A stretch of DNA of 63,579 nt, the filler included, from Octopus bimaculoides (Eukaryota), in assembly GCF_001194135.2 (NCBI RefSeq). It is 5 parts of 5 records of this genome, joined end to end, with 100 filler letters (N's around TTAATTAATTAA, not from the genome) between each part and the next. Parts side by side here need not be neighbours in the genome. Positions count along the whole stretch, not along the records: positions 40,617 to 59,211 come from NC_068997.1; positions 59,312 to 60,640 come from NW_026398780.1; positions 60,741 to 63,579 come from NC_068989.1; 2 more parts are not named here. One strand, written 5' to 3'. Positions 49,017-61,073 of the stretch are shown here, one piece after another. Under the pieces are notes generated by a model that searched no databases, had not been told where the DNA came from, and saw nothing but the letters and a program-made list of their open reading frames with translations. The first letter of the stretch is position 1. Each line of letters starts with the position of its first letter. Position numbers and translations under genes: made by a program.

Positions 49017-49491
49017 NNNNNNNNNNNNNNNNNNNNNNNNNNNNNNNNNNNNNNNNNNNNNNNNNNNNNNNNNNNNNNNNNNNNNNNNNNNNNNNNNNNN
49101 NNNNNNNNNNNNNNNNNNNNNNNNNNNNNNNNNNNNNNNNNNNNNNNNNNNNNNNNNNNNNNNNNNNNNNNNNNNNNNNNNNNNNNNNNNNNNNNNNNNN
49201 NNNNNNNNNNNNNNNNNNNNNNNNNNNNNNNNNNNNNNNNNNNNNNNNNNNNNNNNNNNNNNNNNNNNNNNNNNNNNNNNNNNNNNNNNNNNNNNNNNNN
49301 NNNNNNNNNNNNNNNNNNNNNNNNNNNNNNNNNNNNNNNNNNNNNNNNNNNNNNNNNNNNNNNNNNNNNNNNNNNNNNNNNNNNNNNNNNNNNNNNNNNN
49401 NNNNNNNNNNNNNNNNNNNNNNNNNNNNNNNNNNNNNNNNNNNNNNNNNNNNNNNNNNNNNNNNNNNNNNNNNNNNNNNNNNNNNNNNNNN

Positions 49492-49535
<44 letters not shown>

Positions 49536-50716
49536 AAGATGACAGTGTGTCTGTCCAACTATAGCAAGAAAGGCTACAGCATCTATATAAAAACTAAAAG
49601 CTCATTTTTACTCTTTTACTTGTTTCAGTCATTTGACTGCAGCCATGCTGGAGCACCGCCTTTTTGTGTAAAATTTTACACTGAACCCAATGGAAGTGGT
49701 CCCGAGTCTCTACCTGTCCTCCTAATAAACTTACCTACCCTTTTCCAACATCTTAGATTTAGCGTAGCTCCAAAATAAATGACCTGTCTAAGGGAGATAA
49801 TTAAATGTGCATTTCATTGGTTTTTCCAAAATAAATTACCTCTCTTAGGGAGATAATTATATTTTTAAATATTTTTCTCTCCATAAACACGTTATAAAAA
49901 AACATTTGAAAATTTATGATTTTTTTTTTTTTTTCGGAGCTGCGCTATGCAGGGCTGGATTTATAGAGGCCCAGTGGGGGCAATTGCCACAGGCATCTAG
50001 ATATTGGGGGAGGGGCCTGCTAAGAAGGGTATGTAGCACTGATTACAGGGATCCCCCACCCACCTCCCAGCAATCAAGCATGAGAGGCTCTCTTTCAATA
50101 CATAAAGGCGTCTTATGATAAATAAAAATAGATTTTGCCATGTTAGTGACAACAAATATTTCAATTAAAAAACAATTTATACCCAGTCCCAAAGTACTTA
50201 CAATTCCTGAGGGAATTGTAGCTGCTTTTGGGATAACAGAGAAAAGGAAAACAACAGAACACTCCTGAAAATGTATATATGTAACTGAGAGTGTGTGTGG
50301 TTGTGTGCATAAATACGAATGTATAAAGAGATTGAAAAATGTTTTTAGTCTCTAGGCCAAATTCCTTCTTTCAATGCGTGACTGGCTTGACCAATAGCAG
50401 TTAAAGGCACACAAACATCCTTCTACTTCTAACCTAGTTTTATTTTATGAAGCAAGTTAATAAAGAAAACTTTTGAATTCAGTTTTAATTATAAAATTAC
50501 ATCTTTCAACAGCTAAAAGCATTCTTTTTTCAGATTTAGAATTATTGCATTCAAATGTTTCATTAAATGGAACCTTTATTTTTTTTTTTACATATATTTT
50601 TCATCAGTCTGTCAAACACCTGGAATTACTGTATAGAAGCGGGGCAGAATTGATAACTGGATCAAAATGAATAATTTCTGATTACTTGTTATTTTCTCTC
50701 ATTTTGTACCACTGCA

Positions 50717-51619
50717 GGGTCTGTTCAGTTTTGCTCACAAAGTTTTTAATTATTTTTTTTTAACTAAACAGTTTGAAACTTCGTATAATGGTGTAATTTC
50801 TCATGCTGAACATGGTTTACTTCCAACATTTTGGACAAAATTTCATATTTTAGATGTTATTTCATGTTAAAATTGTTATATTTGGGTAATTTTAACCAAT
50901 CAACATGTATTCAGTTGAAAACTATTGCTGTTTGCAATAGTAATCGAAGAGGAACAACATCCAGGTCATCTCTACTAAATGTCCCTACTCTGTTCTATTT
51001 TATTTTTGCTTCCTGCTTGTGTTGCCTATTACACACTTTCTTTTTTCTTTGGTTCTTGTGTCAGAGTAATCATTAAACATCAAAGAATCAACACCAAGAA
51101 GGAAGAAATATTATTTACATATATTTATTTGTTTGCCTGACATGTAGTGGCAGTGACAAATTTGCTTGCTTGTTGGTAGCCACTAGAGAGGGAAAGAGTA
51201 AGGAATGCACGATGCTGACTAGAAAGGAAGAAAGGATAAAAGTGGCATCGTCTTTCTTGCGGCTGAAAGCTTCTCTTTTGTATCAGCTATGACCAAGGAG
51301 TAATACTTTCCCTTCGCCCTTTGCTTGGCATACAAATAGAACAGAGTGGTGACATTTGGTAGAGATGACCAAAAGTTGTTCCTCTTTAATTACTATCACA
51401 AACAGCAGTAGCTTTCAACTGAATATACGTCGTTGATTGGTTAAAATTACCCAAATACGACAACTTCAACACAAAATAACTTCTAAAATATGAAATTTTG
51501 TTAGAAATGTTGAAAGTAAACCATGTTCAATGTGAGAAATTATACCAGTATATGAAATTTCAAGCTGTTTAGTTAAAAAAAAAAAAATTTTTAATCTGAG
51601 AGCGAAATTGAACAGATCC
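50717..51619. mobile_element. 903-bp foldback element with ~290-bp TIRs and an 8-bp TSD (CCACTGCA/CCATTGCA)
   Basis: 50717-51005 is the reverse complement of ~51335-51619 at roughly 80-85% identity. The flanks match 7/8. Confidence 0.85.
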
Positions 51620-51701
51620 CCATTGCATCATCTTTCGGAGTAAAATTTGCTCTGTATAGGTTATGTAGTTGTGAGTAAAAATGGGTCAAAATACTTTACA
51701 T

Positions 51702-54010
51702 CAGAGGTTCTCAACTGGGGTCCATACAAAATTTCTAGAGGTGGGTGCACAGATGAAATGCAGTAAATTGGGAGTCCACAATAATTTTTCATGGGCCATG
51801 AAAAATTGTGCTTTAGACCAGTAGTTTTCAGTGTGGACCCTGTACAATGGTGCACTGAAACTAAGAAACTTGTTTAAAAAACACCCTGAAATATGTTGCT
51901 AGAAATCCTGTCTTTACTAATTTATTTACTACTTTTCAAAACAAAAATAAAGAAAAAATAATATAAAAGAAAGAAAAACATATATCTATGAAGTTGGTCA
52001 TAAAATTCCTTTGGGAATTCTCTAGAAAGATGAAAGAAATGATACTAAGAAAAAGTAACATCAACAACAACAGCAGCAACAAAATTATAATACACACACA
52101 CACACACACAGAGTTCTTTCAAAAGTGCTCCAGACACATTGACTGGCAACAGCAACGCGCATGTATGTATATATGTATACATATACATATACATATATTT
52201 GTGTGTGTGTGTGTGTGTGTGTAGAAGAGAGGGGGAGAGGGAAAGAGAGAATTCATGCAAGAAATATCTCGGTACTTAGCAACAAGTTGATTTCAACTTA
52301 TTTTTGCAAGACTGATCTCTGAGTTAGTCAGTTTTGGGGATAAAGGTAAGAACTTTTGCATATCTTCTATAACTGGTATTTTAACAAGTGTTCTAAGAAA
52401 AAAAATTACAATTATTTTAATCCATTACTAATAAATATAATATTGCATATAACTTTTTTTATGTATTGGAATTTTCAGAAAATTTTTGTGAAATTGTGTG
52501 ATTTAAGGGCAATTTAGCTGTTATTTTTAGTACATCTCTCAACCACCTGATACCGTTTTTGTTTCTTTGTCACTGGCATGTATTAATATTTTTCAGTATT
52601 TTTCTCCTCATAAACACATTTAGTGGAATGATGATGCACCCAATGGTGGGATTTGAGCCTAAAATTTGGACTATCCATATTTTAAACTCCGATTAAAAAA
52701 AAAAAATACAACAAAGAGTAAGAATGAAGATAGCAGATGGTTGTGGTTTTCATTTTTTGGAATTTTCAGGAAGCTTTTGTGAATTTGTGTTCTATCCATT
52801 GGAATTCATATGCTTAATGAAAAAAAAAAAAAATTAATTTTTTTAAAACCCCATAAATCCTAAAATTTCCTACTTTTTTTAAAAGTCAGAGTTTAAAATA
52901 CAGACACTCAGAACTTCTGCTTAAATTCCAGCAATGAACCACTCTTGAGCAATATCATTATATCATAGGGACAAAGAAATGAGGAAGATGGTTGTGTGAT
53001 GTGCTAAAAACACAGCTAAAATTCTATTTGCATAATCTTTTGAATTCCCATGTGTAGAAGACAAATTCACAAACATTTTCTGAAAATTCCAAAAAATAGA
53101 AAAGTTATGAGGAATTATATGGGGTGCTTAAATCAAAATTCTGCCCCTCCAACTAAGAAGAAATGCTGACAGTATTCCATTGAATATCTGTTTTATGGCT
53201 GTATTCTATTGCCACAGAATGAAGCGGAACCAATGTGTCTCATATGTATGGATGTACTGTCAAATGATAGCATGAAGCCAGCTATCAGTTAACAGTAATC
53301 TGCGTGATGATGACCTTGTATACTGAACATTTGAAAAACTTGCATAAGCTGAGTTTAACAACCTGCTAAAGTTAAATATACCACATCGGGTGACATTTCT
53401 TTTTGAAGTTAATGTTGCTGATGTAGATATCTGTTTGCAGGAGAATCTCATTGAATTGCAGAGTGATGAAATATGTCAGGCAAGATTTAAAGATGGAGAA
53501 CATAATGTATGGAAAAGAATTGACCCTGCTACAAAGTATCCACTATTCTGGTGGGGAAGCACAGTTGTACTTGACTGCTTTTTTTAAATCTTACCTTATT
53601 GAATCTGGTTTCAGCCATGTCACTAACTTACTGTCAAAAGCTCATAATTGAATGGACAGGTGATCTTCAATTATCATTGACAACATTTGAGTTGAATATT
53701 TTGAAACAAGCTGCCAGACACGCATTAAAGAAATTAAGACTAATGTACTATCTGATTTTAATAAATATATACTTGTATATTTATGACTCATTTTACTTGT
53801 GAACATTTATTTTCCATAGAATTTAGTTGTTAAGAAATTGGTTATAGGTTTACAGTACACAAAATATTTAAGCAATTTTTCTACAAGTCCTTATAATATT
53901 TATTTATAAAAATACAATATGATTTTTTTAAAACATTGAATGGGTATGAAATAGGAGTGAAATAGGAATCAAAAGGGTCCACAGGTAAAAAAAAAGGTTG
54001 AGAACCCCTG
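51702..54010 (+). mobile_element. Internally deleted hAT (Charlie/Buster-like) element nested in the 5.8-kb hAT
   Basis: TIRs CAGAGGTTCTCAAC / GTTGAGAACCCCTG. Flanks CTTTACAT/GTTTACAC match 6/8. A transposase remnant lies inside. Confidence 0.75.
53160..53730 (+). pseudogene. hAT transposase remnant: N-terminal BED-type finger joined to the C-terminal dimerisation region
   Basis: QYSIEYLFYG...PMCLICMDVLSNDSMKP (53170-53280), then LQENLIELQSDE...KYP...AQLYLTAF..SYLIESGFSHVTNLLSK...GDLQLSLT across frameshifts. This resembles ZBED5/SCAND3-like transposases. Confidence 0.8.
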
Positions 54011-54107
54011 GTTTACACAGTTCTTGTTGAAGTTGAGAGTTTGAAACATAGGTGACAGGATTTTCAAGAAATTTTTCCTCAAATTTGACCCGATTGTAAT
54101 TGAGATA

Positions 54108-54601
54108 CTCTTTTACTCTTTTAATTGTTTCAGTCATTTGACTGTGGCCATGCTGGAGTACCGCCTTTAGTCGAGCAAATCGACCCCAGGACTTATTCTT
54201 TGTAAGCCTAGTACTTATTCTATTGGTCTCTTTTGCCAAACCGCTAAGTTACGGGGACGTAAACACAACAGCATCGCTTGTCAAGCGACGGTGGTGGGAC
54301 AAATACAGGCACACGCAAACACACACACACATACATGCACATATATATATATATATTATATATATACATATATATCATCATCATCATCATCAAGCGGACG
54401 TTAAACGATGATGATGATGATATATATGTATATATATACATGACGGGCTTCTTTCAGTTTCCATCTACCAAATCCACTCACAAAGCTTTGGTCGACCCAA
54501 GGCTATAGTAGAAGACACTTGCCCAAGGTGCCATGCAGTGGGAATGAACCCAGAACTATGTGGTTGGTAAGCAAGCTACTTAACCACACAGCCACTCCTG
54601 C
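54108..54601 (-). mobile_element. SINE family 1 copy with an extra LINE-tail-like (CAT)n/AAGCGGACGTTAAAC(GAT)n insert in its microsatellite
   Basis: Reverse complement of family 1. The insert is at ~54375-54420. Confidence 0.85.
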
Positions 54602-55252
54602 TAATAGCTAATAAAATATCTGGATAATTTTGGGTGAAAAAGCTATAAAGAATATTTTATGTTGAGTTTTTAGATTTAGTTGAATTTCATTAATTTCATA
54701 TTATGTGCTATTTTTCCATAATCCTCTTTCATTTGACCAATATTTTAAAAATTTTGTTACGTTTCTGATCTTTCTGATGTCTAAGGATGGATGTTTATGC
54801 GTATGACTCTTTTTACTAATTTAATTCTGGAGAAATGGAAGAGAATATTTACCTTGTCTAGTCTTACCCATTTTGCCCTGCCTAAATTTGTCTTTTATAT
54901 GCTCAAAGAGAACAGTGACAATTTTCTGAAATAGTATTCTGAATATGTTATAGATTTTACTACATTTAGAGAAGGTCTTTACTTCGCTGATATAGTTGTG
55001 GCAAAGGTAGTGGACATTTGTAAAAAATATATTTTCTTCAAAGTCAAACATGCAGTAAATATTACTCATTATGCCCCACCTACTCTTCCTGGAAACTGGA
55101 AAAGCAGACTTTTGGAAATAGCTGTTTGAATTTTCTTGTTTTTGCTGGGGTGTCCCCCATTTTCTTTTCCCACACATTGCAAAACAACGAAGGGAAGGTG
55201 TTTTAAAAAAATAATTTTTAAGATCCTTGATTTTAAATGTTGATATCTCCAC

Positions 55253-55349
<97 letters not shown>

Positions 55350-55907
55350 TCATGTCTTTGGAACAGCAACAATCACAAAAATTTTTTTTTTTCTTTTTTG
55401 TAATTTTCTGTCATTTTATCTTATTCTACATTCTGAAACATGTAACTCACATTAAAAGTTTAAAAAATCTTACCCCACCCTTCCCTCCTTCATTGTACTT
55501 TTCACCAAACACCGCAAATGGAAGTGTGATAAACGCAATTTAAATTTTGCAATAGTATATCTATGAAGTGAAATTTTCAATCAGTTATTTAAACTCTCTT
55601 CTAACTCACCAAATTTGAAATAGATGGGTTTTAAGATTTAGATTTAGTAATTTTCTAAGACTTTAATTCTTGTGTATAAAGGGCCCACTGAACTTGAAGT
55701 GCCCCAGGCCCTCCATGGTTTAAATCCGGCCCTGGCGCTATGTCCAAGATGTTAGAAAAGGGTAGGTAGGCCTGTTAGGAGGGCATGTAGAGGCTCAGGA
55801 CCGTTTCCATTGTGTTCAGCATAAAACTTTACACATGAATTAGCTTTTAGTTTTTATATAGATGCTGTAGCCTTTTTTGGACAGACAGACATTCACACAC
55901 ACACACA

Positions 55908-55956
<49 letters not shown>

Positions 55957-56024
55957 TCATCTTTATTATATATATATATATATATATATGTTATGCATTG
56001 TGTGTGTGTGTGTGTGTGTGTGTA

Positions 56025-58000
56025 CTAGCAGAGGCACCCAGCGTTGCTCAGGAATGAAATTGTTCCTTATATATTGCAAGAAAAAGACAAAATATGTATA
56101 GAAATTTGTTATTATAAATTAAATTTATTCTTCACTTGGGATACAATTTATTCTTTAATTGGAAAATCAATATTATTAACATTAATAAACATTTGCTTTT
56201 AACAGAAAACAATGAGCACATTGTCTAGCTAATTAACTTAAAGAAAATATTTGCTGGCTAATTAAACTGCTTGTTAGTTGCTATCTTTTACTTTGTGCTT
56301 TGCAATATTTATTTAGAATCATCAAACCTGACTTTATGTAGCATAACCTGTACTTAGAAATCTCTAAGGTACCTTATTTTAAAATAGTACTCTTAAAGAA
56401 ATAGATTTTCAATCAACTTTTAATTAAAAAAAATAACTAGATTTCCTTTTTTTAACCTTGCAGGAAGAGGATGGGGAGAAAAGCCTCATACAACATAACG
56501 AATCTGTACATCTGAATGCTTGTCCAGCCCATAACTGTCCATCCTCTTCTGTGGGCAATGATGGCTTTGAAATTGCTTTCTCTCCCATATTTGCACTTCG
56601 TGTTTTAGTGTTTTAGCCACATTTGGTGGTGCTTGTAATTCATAATACAAAAAAATAATAATAATAATTATAAACAAAAATACAAAATTTACCACTTTTA
56701 TGAAGAGAGATAAATTCTATCACATGTGTTGAAGGAAAATACATAAGAGCTTCTGGGTAAACAACATTCTTTGTTTTCTGGTTTGGAGCAAACTACCAAT
56801 CCTGGAGCAACCAACATAAAGTTGACCATGAGAAAAACAAGGCTCAATCAAGTGTAAGCCAGTAGATTTCAATGTCTGACCTTGAGTTTTATTAATAGAC
56901 ATTGCGAAGCAAAGTTGCACTGGGAATTGTATTTGTTTGAACTCAAATGGCATGTCTGTTGGTTTGGTTGGAATTCTTGGATTGAAAACCTCTTCCCCAG
57001 AGGTACATCCAGTGATGATGGTAGCTTCTATCAACTTTGTCCCATTGCATAATTTAGGAGGATCTAAATTTCTTAGAAGTATTATTAGGACTCCTACCTT
57101 CAGGAAAAGTTCATGTGGAGCAGTTCCATGTGGCTCAAGAGAATTAAGGAACTCTGTTGGATAATGGACAGCTTGATTTTCATCTAGCACTGAATCAACT
57201 GACTTGTACTCCTTAATGACTGTTGGAATCTTATTCATTAATTCATGATTAATCCTAGCTACTGTCTCATTTTTTGGAGCAAGAATTGCTCATTCACACA
57301 ATCATTTATGTGAATTATAATTATTACTTAAGTCTGGAAACACCCTGTTCTTCAATTCAGCTGGGGAATTCACCATGATAGCAATATGAGCTAAATTGAT
57401 ATGACCATTCCCATCAAATGGTTCTTTCCCATTTCCTTATTGGAGGAGCCATTTCCTTATTGGTCCTCATGTAATAAAGCTCGCACATTTGTATTGGAGG
57501 AGAATTTCTGTATTTTATTCTATAGACTTTAATGCATGCTTTTATTTCATCAGATCTTGTTCATCTCAGAATGACTGGTAATGTCTGTCTGAAGTCTCCT
57601 GATAAAACTAATGTAACTCCTCCCATAGATTTATTGTTGCCTCAAGAGTAGTTTCTTTTGGAGAAAAGGCTTGTTGCAAGGCTGTTTGTTTTGTAAAGAT
57701 AACCCTGTAGCCCTTCTCTAGATAAACAGATGCAGCACGGAATTTTGTCAGTGAACAGGTCGTGTCAAAGCGACAAAAATATTTTGGCAAATTAAATTTA
57801 AATGTTGAAGTGAATCTAACGGTTTTTGTGTGTTTCTTCAATGGTTTATAAACACCTTCCATGCTGCAATTGTTTTCGTTCCAGCACACAATCTCAGATC
57901 AGGCCACTTGCTATACAAGTACATCTTCGTAATATATATTTATAAATATATATGTAAGATCCAGGGATCAAGGTGTAGGAAGAAAGTTAGCTTCAAGCAA
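56025..58000 (-). mobile_element. Helitron remnant: PIF1-like helicase fragments and a canonical 3' terminus
   Basis: ORF 56720-57238 has LLRNL...LCNGT...QFP..LCFAMSINK.QGQTL...FSHGQLYVGCSR, and GDFRQTLPVI lies near 57590. The 3' end reads CCTGAGCAACGCTGGG hairpin...CTAG|T at 56025. The 5' limit is approximate. Confidence 0.85.
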
Positions 58001-58357
58001 TCTGTAGTAAATATAAAAAACAATTTTCAGGAACAATATTGGTTTATTGAAGCAGAAGGTTGTAGATTTTTTTTGTATCGGAGTACGATAAACTGAAAAA
58101 GTTCTTTTTATATTTCACAGTAGGTGACCAGGGTTTCCAGGTGTGCAAATAAGAATACAAGAGTTACAGAATGGAATGCATAAGATCTGGACTGCATGTG
58201 TTTCATAGCAAGTGGAACCTTAGAAGTGGTAAATATCTAAGCAAGGTGTATACTGCAGGCTACTCTTCAGGCCAAGGGTATCTTGATTAGATGAAAGTTT
58301 ACATTGCCATAAGGAGGTACATGTTAATGCTTGGAAGATTCAGTCACTAAACTTTCG

Positions 58358-59211
58358 TCTAGCGGTTGAGGGAAACTGTGGAAGACGTAGACCAAAGAAG
58401 ACCTGGGATGAAGTGGTGAAGCACGACCTTCGAACATTAGGCCTCACCGAGGCAATGACTTGTGATCGAGTCCTTTGGAAATATGCAGTGCGTAAGAAGA
58501 CCCAGCAAGCCAAGTGAGACCATAATCCAAGGCCTCTGCCAGAGGTATAGCCAGCCCACTTATGCATACTTTTCTTTCATTGGACACTAAACTCTGCTTG
58601 CAAAGACCTGTTGAGGCAAATGAAATCGAAATCGAACCAAATTCGACAACTGGCACCCATGCCAACCTATCCTTCATTGGACACTAAACTCGGCTTGTGA
58701 AGACCTGTTGGGGCAAGTGAAATCGAAATCGTGATTGAACCAAATTCGATGACTGGCACCCGTGCCAATGGAGCACTAAGAGCACCGTCCGAGCGTGATC
58801 ATTGCCAGAGCAGCTGTCTGACTTCCGCGCCAGTGGCATGTAAATAGCACCATTTGAGAGCTGTGCGAGCCATGTACAGAGATGCGGCCAGTAAGGTGAG
58901 GGTTGGAAATGAGTACAGCAATGAATTCCGGGTAGAGGTAGGGGTCCACCAAGGTTCCGTCCTCAGCCCCCTATTATTTACCATAGTCCTCCAGGCAATC
59001 ACAGAGGAGTTCAAGACAGGTTGCCCCTGGGAGCTCCTCTATGCTGATGACCTTGCCCTAATTGCGGAGTCACTATCAGAACTAGAGGAGAAGTTTCAGG
59101 TGTGGAAGCAAGGTCTAGAATTGAAGGGCCTTAGAGTCAACCTAACTAAAACCAAAATCCTAATAAGTAGGAAGGTAGATAAAACACAAACCCCTTCAGG
59201 TAGATGGCCCT
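58358..59211 (+). mobile_element. Rearranged RTE LINE copy: ORF C-terminus + partial 3'UTR (58358-58857), followed by the RT core (58858-59211)
   Basis: Both halves align to the 40654 LINE but in permuted order. The RT half reads GVHQGSVLSPLLF...YADD. Confidence 0.9.
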
Positions 59212-59311
59212 NNNNNNNNNNNNNNNNNNNNNNNNNNNNNNNNNNNNNNNNNNNNTTAATTAATTAANNNNNNNNNNNNNNNNNNNNNNNNNNNNNNNNN
59301 NNNNNNNNNNN
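59212..59311. other. Artificial scaffold linker N44-TTAATTAATTAA-N44
   Basis: Identical 100-bp structure. Confidence 0.95.
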
Positions 59312-59329
59312 TATATATATATATATATA

Positions 59330-59880
59330 TGAGGATGAACTGAAAGGTTTGTAGGCTGACAACGAAGGAGTGATACTAGAGTTGTGAAATCTTGCATGCA
59401 TTAATTTGAACACTTATTATTAATAACTGTATTGTTTCTTTCCAGATGAACTGACATCTCACTGTTCATAGAAGACTTCTAAAGTAACTCATAGCAACAT
59501 CTCTTGAAAATGGACAAAATTTGGCACCATGGTGTTGCCAAGTCCTGGCAGAAAAAGGGTTTATCCCCCAACATTATGCTCCAGCTTTATCAACAGTGCA
59601 AAAGCGGGCAGCTGAATTTAGAGAGGGAAGGGAGAGTCTTGTAGGTGACCCAAAGTCTGGGCGTCCTGCAATGGCCACCACCAAGGAAAACAGTGATTGT
59701 GTTCACCCTGTGCTGATGGACGACAGGCAATTGGCTCTGAATCAAATAGCCAATGCTGTTAACATATCCTGTGAGGGAGTTGAGAATATTTTGCACGATC
59801 TTCTTGGTGGGTGCCATATCTTCTGACATTTGATCAAAAGCACACCAGGCTGATCACATCATGAGAAAATCTGTGGCTTC
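59330..59880 (+). mobile_element. mariner transposase 5' remnant
   Basis: TIR-like start (T)GAGGATGAACTGAAAGG after (TA)n. The ORF contains AEFREGRESLVGDPKSGRP...IANAVNIS...ILH (HTH region). Confidence 0.8.
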
Positions 59881-60169
59881 ACTTTGCGTGCTTTAGCTTC
59901 GTTACTATAGCAACAGTTCAGATTCTCATTGATCAGACCTCGTAGACATCCATATATATAGGACAAAGAATAAAGATCCTATAGAAGCCCTCTTAGACTC
60001 ATAGGGCTGGTTTCTGTGGCACATATATATTTCCCCCTGAAAGGGACTCTGGTCTGTCACAGGATTACTCGCTCTTACCAGCTGAGTGGAGTAATGTGAA
60101 ATGAAGTGTCTTGCTCAGGAACACAACACATTAACCAGTCCAGGAAGCGAAACCACAATCTTATGATCA

Positions 60170-60490
60170 TAAAATACACCATTTCAAGCGTTGCCTTTGC
60201 CAGTAAGACATCCGAGCGAGTTTGTTGCCAGTACTGCTGGACTGGCTCCTGTACAGATGGCACGTAAAATACACCATTTTGAGCGTGGCCGTTGCCAGTA
60301 CCTCCTGACTGGCCTTCGTGCCGGTGGCACGCAAAAGCACCCACTACACTCTCGGAGTGGTCGGCATTAGAAACTTTACCAAATCAGATTGGAGCCTGGT
60401 ATAGCCATCTGGTTTCACCAGTCCTCAGTCAAATCGTCGAACCCATGCCAGCATGGAAAGTAGACGTTAAACGACGATGATGATGATGAG
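60170..60490 (+). mobile_element. RTE LINE 3'UTR-only copy
   Basis: Matches the LINE 3'UTR with a (GAT)n tail at 60475-60489. Confidence 0.85.
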
Positions 60491-60640
60491 TCCAATATCC
60501 TAACCATTAAGCCACATATATCCACTTTACACATGTATACCTACACATATATACATATATATGCATACACACACATGTATGCCTCTATAAATATATATAT
60601 ATATACCCTATGACTGGTGTAGCAGCATCATAGTCAACTG

Positions 60641-60740
60641 NNNNNNNNNNNNNNNNNNNNNNNNNNNNNNNNNNNNNNNNNNNNTTAATTAATTAANNNN
60701 NNNNNNNNNNNNNNNNNNNNNNNNNNNNNNNNNNNNNNNN
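60641..60740. other. Artificial scaffold linker N44-TTAATTAATTAA-N44
   Basis: Identical 100-bp structure. Confidence 0.95.
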
Positions 60741-60800
<60 letters not shown>

Positions 60801-60874
60801 GAAGAAGAGAGAGGAGAAAGAGAAAGACAGACAGACAGACGCAAAGTTTTAAGAGCATGCTAAGTAGATTATAC

Positions 60875-60915
<41 letters not shown>

Positions 60916-61025
60916 GCGTGTGTATGCGTGTTAAGTATGTGGATTAATTTTATATATAGTTGAGCCGTTATTTGCAATCGTCTATGACTGGTTGATTACC
61001 TCTCTTCCAACTGTCTCTAATTCTG

Positions 61026-61073
<48 letters not shown>

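Larger units (their letters stand above)
49950..55734. mobile_element. 5.8-kb hAT-type element with 14-bp TIRs and a perfect 8-bp TSD (GCGCTATG), containing nested insertions
   Basis: Left end CAGGGCTGGATTTA; right end TAAATCCGGCCCTG (13/14 complementary). GCGCTATG lies at 49942-49949 and 55735-55742. Confidence 0.9.
49665..55835. mobile_element. Foldback MITE split by the hAT insertion (arms ~49665-49775 and ~49937-49949 + 55743-55835)
   Basis: With the hAT and one TSD removed, the right arm is the reverse complement of the left arm at roughly 80% identity by eye. Confidence 0.75.

Noticed and set aside
54821-55372. 183-aa minus-strand ORF
   Set aside because: It starts in (GA)n/(GT)n repeats, and the remainder has no recognisable domain.
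56720-57238. Cellular PIF1 helicase gene
   Set aside because: It is intronless, has internal deletions and upstream stops, and is followed by a canonical Helitron hairpin-CTAG end.
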